Source: Edaphobacter sp. (GTDB lineage: Bacteria; Acidobacteriota; Terriglobia; Terriglobales; Acidobacteriaceae). Taken from it: a stretch of DNA of 43,010 nt. Numbering within the stretch: the stretch's first letter is position 1; each line of letters begins with the position of its first letter. The position numbers and the translations under genes are program-made. Under the pieces are notes generated by a model. The model was not told where the DNA came from and did no database searches. It saw only the letters and a list, made by a program, of their open reading frames with translations. Below are positions 37,575 through 43,010 of the stretch, in pieces. Where the stretch lies: the NCBI GenBank assembly GCA_035567955.1, contig DATMPD010000111.1:1-43010 (forward strand), given 5' to 3'.

Positions 37575-37735
37575 AGGGTGGTTTTTGGTGTTTTGTGGGC
37601 GTTTTTTGAGGGGGGTCTCGGAAAAGCGGGTGTTTTTTCGTGGTGTTTTTGTGGTGAAGTTGTGGTGATTGCGTGGTAAATCGTGGTTGGTTGATGGTCG
37701 ATTTTGCACGATGAAAAACATGCCACACTTTTGAA
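37575..37735. repeat. Strand-skewed intergenic element with six phased (G/A)TGGT repeats
   Basis: GTGGT at 37640, 37651, 37662, 37673, 37683 and ATGGT at 37694 (spacings 11,11,11,10,11) within a G/T-rich plus strand. Confidence 0.75.
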
Positions 37736-37752
37736 ATAATTCTGTGGGAAAG

Positions 37753-38694
37753 TTACACCGTATCTTTTACCGCCAGCGTGGCAGCCGGTTTCCTCGCTCG
37801 CGTCGTGGTAATTACCAGTACGCTGATCAGAACGAGCATGGTTCCTAAGATCGTTCTCGAGCCCAGGGGTTCGCCGCCGAAGAAATATCCCAGCACTACG
37901 GCTACAACCGGGTTCACGTAGGCGTAGGTGCCGACTTTGGTTGGCGATTCATGATGGATGAGCCATACGTAGGCGGTAAATCCAATGATGGAGCCGGCGA
38001 TGATCAGATAGATCAGTGAAAGCCACGCTCCCGATGAGACCGTCGACGGATGAAAGTTATGAAATTCTCCGAAGGCGGCTGCGGTGAGGGTAAGCATGAT
38101 GCCGCCGGCGAGCATCTGTGCGCCGGAACTCATGACTTTGGACGGCGGCAGCGGCAGCCTACGTGCGAGCGCGGTGGCGATCGACCAGCTGATCGATGCG
38201 ATAATCAATGCCACGGCGCCCGGTCTGTCGATTGGGGACCCGCCGAGGTTGAGCGAGTGGCTCATCAATACGGCCACGCCGCCGACGCCGACCAAGAGTG
38301 CGAAGGCCAGGCGAACGGTCAGCCTCTGGGTTCGGAGGAAGAGGATCTCCGACAATGCGATGAAGACGGGGATGGTTGCCAGCATGACTGCGGCGACACC
38401 TGAGGGCACACGCTGCTCGGCCCAGAAGAGGAGGCCGTAGTCGATGAGGAAGATGAGCAGCGCGAGCAGGAGTACGGACATCCACTGACGGCGGGTCGGT
38501 GAAGGCTCTCCGCGCGCGGTCATCCACCCGAAGAGGACGAATCCTGCGACGAAAAACCGCATGGCTGCGAAGAGAAGCGGAGGAACTTCATGGACACCGA
38601 TTCGAATGGCGAGAAAGGTGGATCCCCACACGAAATAGATGATTCCGAAGGCCAACAGGGTCTTCCATGCCGGGCGATGGGTTTTGGAGTCCAT
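37753..38694 (-). CDS. EamA/DMT family transporter (YedA-like)
   Basis: About 10 TM helices in two repeats; YFVWGSTFLAIR, YAYVNPVVAV.LG. Confidence 0.92.
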   Translation of the reverse strand: MDSKTHRPAWKTLLAFGIIYFVWGSTFLAIRIGVHEVPPLLFAAMRFFVAGFVLFGWMTARGEPSPTRRQWMSVLLLALLIFLIDYGLLFWAEQRVPSGVAAVMLATIPVFIALSEILFLRTQRLTVRLAFALLVGVGGVAVLMSHSLNLGGSPIDRPGAVALIIASISWSIATALARRLPLPPSKVMSSGAQMLAGGIMLTLTAAAFGEFHNFHPSTVSSGAWLSLIYLIIAGSIIGFTAYVWLIHHESPTKVGTYAYVNPVVAVVLGYFFGGEPLGSRTILGTMLVLISVLVITTTRARKPAATLAVKDTV

Positions 38695-38809
38695 AGGAAA
38701 TTTCTAACAGCTCAGAGGATTCCCGCCTAATCGCTATCGCACTGGATTAGGTAGGACGGATAGGGTGTCGGCAGAAAGGGTCTGAGGGTTGTGGGTGAAT
38801 TGAATTCTT

Positions 38810-39056
38810 CGGGGTCCTTCACTGCGTTCAGGATGACAGCAAGAACAGGCAACGGCAGCGGCAACAGTAACTGCAACTACAACTGCAAAGACAAAGACAA
38901 AGACGACAGCAGATCCCCTTCGGGGATGACAACCAGAAAAGCAAAAGCAAGGGCAAAAGCAAGGGCAAGAGCAAGGGCAAGGGCAACGACAACGACAACC
39001 GCAGGCCCCCTTTGGGGACAACAACTAGAAAAGCAAGGGCAGCGGCAGATGCAATG
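38810..39056. repeat. Mosaic repeat: three GGATGAC-type hairpins separated by (G/A)CAAnn hexamer runs
   Basis: GGGGTCCTTCACTGCGTTCAGGATGAC (38811-38837); GCAGATCCCCTTCGGGGATGACAACCAGAAAAGCAA (from 38909) and a 30/36-identical copy from 39001; GCAAGG/GCAAAA/ACAAAG runs between them. Confidence 0.8.
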
Positions 39057-39058
39057 AG

Positions 39059-39913
39059 CTAGAGTTTTTGGGTGGGTGGGGAGTCGAGGTATTTGATGAG
39101 GATGGCTTCGTTGCCGATTTCGTTGCGGATCAACTCGTCGACGGTGCCGCTGGCGAGAAGAAGGCCGTAGCCTCCGGGGCGCATGCCTTCCTCTTGGCGT
39201 TGTCTGATGTGGGCGGTGGGATCGTCAGTGGAGTTTGCAGAGGCTGCGTGACTGAGCGATTCCTGGCGGAAACCGGCGCCGGGGTCGCGTACGCGAAAGA
39301 CCATCGCCCGTGCTGTTCGGATGGCGGTGACCTCGATGGACTGGTCGGGGTTGAAGGCGGTGCCGTGCTCCATCGCGTTGAGGAGGATCTCGCGGAGGGC
39401 TTGCAGGAGATCCTGCTTGGCGTCTTCGGGGAGTTGGGCGCTGAGCTCTTTGGCGAAGGTGAGGAGACGATCTGCGGTAATGAGGCGGGAGTTGACGCGG
39501 ACAGAGACCCAGCCGGGGCGGGCGGAGAGGATCTCGATGTCTTCGCCGATCTTGCTGTCTGTAGCTGCCTGCCTGGCGAGGTTGGCGATCTCATAGGAGT
39601 CGAAGGGCGGAGTGAAGCAGGCGAAGACGCGAGCGCGGAGGGCGGCGATGACTTTGTCGGGAGTGCTGTGCTCAGCGAGGACGATGCACTTGAGCGCTGG
39701 GCGGATGGAGCGCATCTCCTCAATCAGTACGAGGCTTTCATCGATGGCGCAGTCGGCGCTGGTGACGACGACGCCGAAGGCTCGGATGCGCAGTCGCTTC
39801 AGGGCATCGGCGTTGCCTGCGGAATATTCGACGGGCAAGCCGGCGGTGCAGAGGGAATCGCCGACCTCGCGACCTACCGGGGCGTGGCTTCCGATGATGA
39901 GAACCCGGCTCAT
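39059..39913 (-). CDS. Pseudo-receiver domain fused to RsbW/SpoIIAB-like HATPase (anti-sigma/Ser kinase)
   Basis: EILLNAMEHG N-box, DPGAGF G1 box, GGYGLLL G2 box, NEIGN; N-terminal REC-like pattern; GGAG SD. Confidence 0.8.
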   Translation of the reverse strand: MSRVLIIGSHAPVGREVGDSLCTAGLPVEYSAGNADALKRLRIRAFGVVVTSADCAIDESLVLIEEMRSIRPALKCIVLAEHSTPDKVIAALRARVFACFTPPFDSYEIANLARQAATDSKIGEDIEILSARPGWVSVRVNSRLITADRLLTFAKELSAQLPEDAKQDLLQALREILLNAMEHGTAFNPDQSIEVTAIRTARAMVFRVRDPGAGFRQESLSHAASANSTDDPTAHIRQRQEEGMRPGGYGLLLASGTVDELIRNEIGNEAILIKYLDSPPTQKL

Positions 39914-40037
39914 GGTGTGCTCCGAGGATGGAGGGACGAGTTGATTTTAGATCATTGGCTCGTCCGAGGCTTTAAAGCAGTGACAAATGACCGGTTAAGA
40001 CTGCGCCGGAGCTAACGTTCGGTTAAATCAAAGGGCG

Positions 40038-43010
40038 CTAAAGTCCAAGGGCGTCGAGGGCTGATTTGGTTTTGTCGTAAAGGATTTTGGTTTCGGCGGC
40101 TTGCTTGCGGAGGCCGTCGACGATGTGTGCGGGGGCTTTGGCCATAAAGGCTTCGTTGGCCAGCTGGCGTTCGGCTGCGGTCAGGCCTTTTTCGTATTTG
40201 GCGAGGTCTTTGGTGAGGCGTTCGCGCTCGGCGGGGATGTCGATCTGGCGCTCGTAGAGGACGGCTACGTCGAAGTCGGCGCTGGAGCGGGCGTTTGCAC
40301 CGGAGAGTGGGGTGGTGGCGAATTCTATGGAGGCGACGCGGGCCATGCGTGAGAGCATGTCCTGATTGGCGTCGGTGAGCGCGACGATGCGGTTGCTGGC
40401 GTGAAGTTGGATTGGGGTTGATTCTTTTTCGGGGACACCGAGCTCTTTGCGCAGTGCGCGGATGGTGGTGATGAGATCCTGCATGGTTTGCATTGCGCTT
40501 GCGGCTACGGGATCGGCGGGGAAGTCTGCGGCCTGTGGGTAGCGGGTGAGGGCGATGGATTTTGCGGGGGTTGCGTAGTTGTAGAGGGCGTGCCAGATCT
40601 CTTCGGTGAGGAAGGGCATGAAGGGCGAGAGAAGGCGCAGAGCGCTTTCGAAGATAGCCACAAAGGTTGTGAGTGCCGCAGCGGCAACTTGTTTATCGTC
40701 ATTCTCGCCGAAGTTGAGTCGGAGTTTGACGATCTCCAAATACCAGTCGCAGAGGTCGCCCCAGAAGAACTGGTAGATGGTGTTGGCGGCTTCGTCGAAG
40801 CGGTAGTCGGTGAGGGAGTTGTCGACGGCGGCGCAGGTTTGGGAGAGGCGGGTTAGGATCCAGCGGGTTTCGAGTGTCTCCAAGGGCGCTTGATCGAAGT
40901 TGCCTTCTGCGTCTCCGGTAGCGCGTGCGGCTTCTCCTTCTGGCGTCGACGCTGCGATGATTTCGGCTACTTTGGCGGTGACGCTGGGCTCGAGAGCTAT
41001 TGGGTCGGTGGCGGAGGCCGGTCGAGCTTCGCTCGATAACCCACCCTTCGCAAACTGCGCGAAGGATGGGGCACCCGTATTTGTGGAGGGGTCGATTTGG
41101 ATGCCGGCTTCGCGGGCGCGGTCGATGTTCATGAAGAGGAAGCGGGCAGCGTTCCAGATTTTGTTGGCGAAGGCGCGGTAGCCTTCGGTGCGGGCTTCGG
41201 AGAAGGCGATGTCGGTGCCGGGGGAGGCCATCGATGCGAGGGTGAAGCGGACGGCGTCGGTGCCGAAGCGCTCGATGATGTCGATGGGGTTGATGACGTT
41301 GCCCTTGGTCTTGGACATTTTCTCGCGGTTGGCGTCGCGGACGAGGCCGTGGATGTAGACCTCTTTGAAGGGGACTGCATTCGCGAGATCGCGCCTGCTG
41401 CCGTCGGGCATGGGAACGTCGAGCATGAAGTGGCAGCCGAGCATGATCATGCGGGCGACCCAGAAGAAGAGGATGTCGAAGCCGGTGACGAGGAGGGTGG
41501 TGGGGTAGAAGTTGGCGAGGTCGGGAGTACCGATGTCCGTTCTCAGTTCTCCGTTCTCAGTTGCCGGCCAGCCAAGGGTGGTGAAGGGGAGGAGGCCGGA
41601 GGAGAACCAGGTGTCGAGGACGTCGGTCTCCTGTACGATGTCGGCGGAGTTGCAGGTGCCGCAGTGGGTGGGGGTGTCGCGGGAGACGGTGATGGCGCTG
41701 CAGGTTTTGCAGTGCCAGGCGGGGATGCGGTGGCCCCACCACAATTGCCGCGAGATGCACCAGTCGTAGATGTTCGTCATCCACTCGAGATAGATTTTTT
41801 TGTACATCTCGGGCGTGAAGTGGATGTGTTTTTCGGTGACGGCGTTGATGGCGTTTTGCGCGATGGTGTTGCCGCCGGTGTTGGGGGTCTTGTTGACGGC
41901 GAGGAACCATTGCAGGGAGAGGCGCGGCTCGATGACGACGCCGGTGCGCTGCGAGAGGCCGATGGAGTTGGTGTGGTCTTTGATGGATTCGAGGAGGCCG
42001 GCTGCTTCAAGATCGATAAGGATGCGCTCGCGGGCGTCGTAGCGATCGAGGCCGTGGTAGGGAGAGCCCGGAAGCGCGACGTGGGCGGTCTCGTCGAGGA
42101 TGCTGGGGCTGGGGAGGTTGTGGCGCTGGCCGATGGCGAAGTCGTTGGGGTCGTGTGCGGGAGTGACCTTGACGGCTCCGGTGCCGAACTCGGGTTTGGC
42201 CCAGTCGTCGGCGAGGATGGGGACTTCTCTGTCAGGGCCGCCGTTGACGCCGGTCATGGGGACGCGGACTTTTTTGCCGATCAGCGCGGTGTAGCGTTCG
42301 TCGGTGGGGTTTACGGCTATGGCGGTGTCGCCGAGCATGGTCTCGGGGCGGGTGGTGGCGACGGTGATGTGGGCCGTTCCATCGGGCAATGGGCCGTCGG
42401 CGAGCGGGTAGCGGATGTGATAGAGCTTGCCGAGGCGTTCTTCGTGCTCGACTTCGAGGTCGGAGACGGCGGTCTGGATGCTGGGGTCCCAGTTGACGAT
42501 GTAGGCGCCGCGGTAGATGAGGCCCTGCTCGTAGAGGCGGACGAAGGCTTCCTTGACCGCGACGCTGAGGCGGTCGTCCATGGTGAAGTACTCGCGGGAC
42601 CAGTCGACGGAGGCGCCGAGGCGCTTCATCTGCTCGAGGATGGCTCCGCCGTAGAGCTTGCGCCAGCACCAGACGCGCTGGACGAAGGCTTCGCGGCCGA
42701 GGTCTTTACGGGAGGTGCCTTCGGAGGCGAGCTGGCGCTCGACCATCATCTGAGTGGCGATGCCGGCGTGGTCGGTGCCGGGAATCCAGACGGCGAGGTC
42801 GCCCAGCATGCGGTGCCAGCGGGTGAGGATGTCCATCTCGGTCTGGTTGAGCATGTGGCCCATGTGAAGGCGGCCGGTGACGTTGGGTGGGGGGAGGAGG
42901 ATGGTGAACTTTCGGGTTCCGTCCTGCGTACTTTCCGGGGTTGGAACGTCAAATAGACGCTCCTTGACCCAGTACTCGGCCCAGCGCTCTTCTATGACGG
43001 ATGGATCGTA
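40038..43010 (-). CDS. valS: Valyl-tRNA synthetase (5' end beyond window)
   Basis: Frame is open to the window edge (YDPSVIEERW...PPPNVTGRLHMGH); ATTRPET, WCISRQLWWGH, DVLDTWFSS, KMSKT; C-terminal coiled coil. Confidence 0.97.
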   Translation of the reverse strand, partial: YDPSVIEERWAEYWVKERLFDVPTPESTQDGTRKFTILLPPPNVTGRLHMGHMLNQTEMDILTRWHRMLGDLAVWIPGTDHAGIATQMMVERQLASEGTSRKDLGREAFVQRVWCWRKLYGGAILEQMKRLGASVDWSREYFTMDDRLSVAVKEAFVRLYEQGLIYRGAYIVNWDPSIQTAVSDLEVEHEERLGKLYHIRYPLADGPLPDGTAHITVATTRPETMLGDTAIAVNPTDERYTALIGKKVRVPMTGVNGGPDREVPILADDWAKPEFGTGAVKVTPAHDPNDFAIGQRHNLPSPSILDETAHVALPGSPYHGLDRYDARERILIDLEAAGLLESIKDHTNSIGLSQRTGVVIEPRLSLQWFLAVNKTPNTGGNTIAQNAINAVTEKHIHFTPEMYKKIYLEWMTNIYDWCISRQLWWGHRIPAWHCKTCSAITVSRDTPTHCGTCNSADIVQETDVLDTWFSSGLLPFTTLGWPATENGELRTDIGTPDLANFYPTTLLVTGFDILFFWVARMIMLGCHFMLDVPMPDGSRRDLANAVPFKEVYIHGLVRDANREKMSKTKGNVINPIDIIERFGTDAVRFTLASMASPGTDIAFSEARTEGYRAFANKIWNAARFLFMNIDRAREAGIQIDPSTNTGAPSFAQFAKGGLSSEARPASATDPIALEPSVTAKVAEIIAASTPEGEAARATGDAEGNFDQAPLETLETRWILTRLSQTCAAVDNSLTDYRFDEAANTIYQFFWGDLCDWYLEIVKLRLNFGENDDKQVAAAALTTFVAIFESALRLLSPFMPFLTEEIWHALYNYATPAKSIALTRYPQAADFPADPVAASAMQTMQDLITTIRALRKELGVPEKESTPIQLHASNRIVALTDANQDMLSRMARVASIEFATTPLSGANARSSADFDVAVLYERQIDIPAERERLTKDLAKYEKGLTAAERQLANEAFMAKAPAHIVDGLRKQAAETKILYDKTKSALDALGL
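41040..41077 (-). repeat. REP-like palindrome lying in frame within valS
   Basis: Reverse complement CGGGTGCCCCATCCTTCGCGCAGTTTGCGAAGGGTGGG differs from 27438-27474 by 3 substitutions and 1 indel; encodes GAPSFAQFAKGG. Confidence 0.8.

Noticed and set aside
37500-37721. Small ORFs in the nadC-eamA gap
   Set aside because: Derived from the phased repeat element; they overlap nadC and have biased composition.
38810-39056. Possible CRISPR array
   Set aside because: Only 2-3 non-identical units, spacers are low-complexity hexamer runs, and no cas genes are present.
38734-39057. Cys-rich (minus) and KAKARA-rich (plus) ORFs
   Set aside because: Translations of the hexamer/hairpin repeat; no convincing SD; low complexity. 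Not a metallothionein or histone-like gene on current evidence.
41097-42956. 619-aa plus-strand ORF
   Set aside because: Antisense shadow of valS caused by strong codon bias; no recognisable motifs.

Overview
A GC-rich, largely housekeeping window. Gene content and repeat style suggest an Acidobacteriota (Acidobacteriaceae-like) chromosome; this is inferred, not verified. Order: typA; phytoene-desaturase-like oxidoreductase and sodA (minus); GH15 glucoamylase plus a pentose-phosphate cluster (tkt, rpiA, SDR, gnd, zwf, pgl, glk); a methyltransferase and secreted M1 aminopeptidase; an exosortase locus (63-aa PExPT-CTERM-type micro-substrate, XrtJ-like exosortase with EpsI-like domain, MBG/NHL lipoprotein); an Oar-like TonB-dependent receptor and GH27 alpha-galactosidase; then a minus-strand run (valS partial, pseudo-receiver/RsbW-like kinase, EamA, nadC, birA, coaX, DnaD-like hypothetical, rlmD, comEC, small hypothetical, GNAT). 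No rRNA, tRNA, CRISPR array, transposase or integrase was seen. Most interesting: (1) an exosortase whose adjacent substrate carries only a ~7-8-residue Cys-containing cargo (QGGCVNS/P), which could be a peptide-maturation or signalling system rather than protein anchoring; (2) a REP-like palindrome present both intergenically and in frame inside valS, with a compensatory base-pair change; (3) a DnaD-like protein in the nadC-comEC operon; (4) several unusual intergenic repeat architectures, including an 11-bp-phased GTGGT array.
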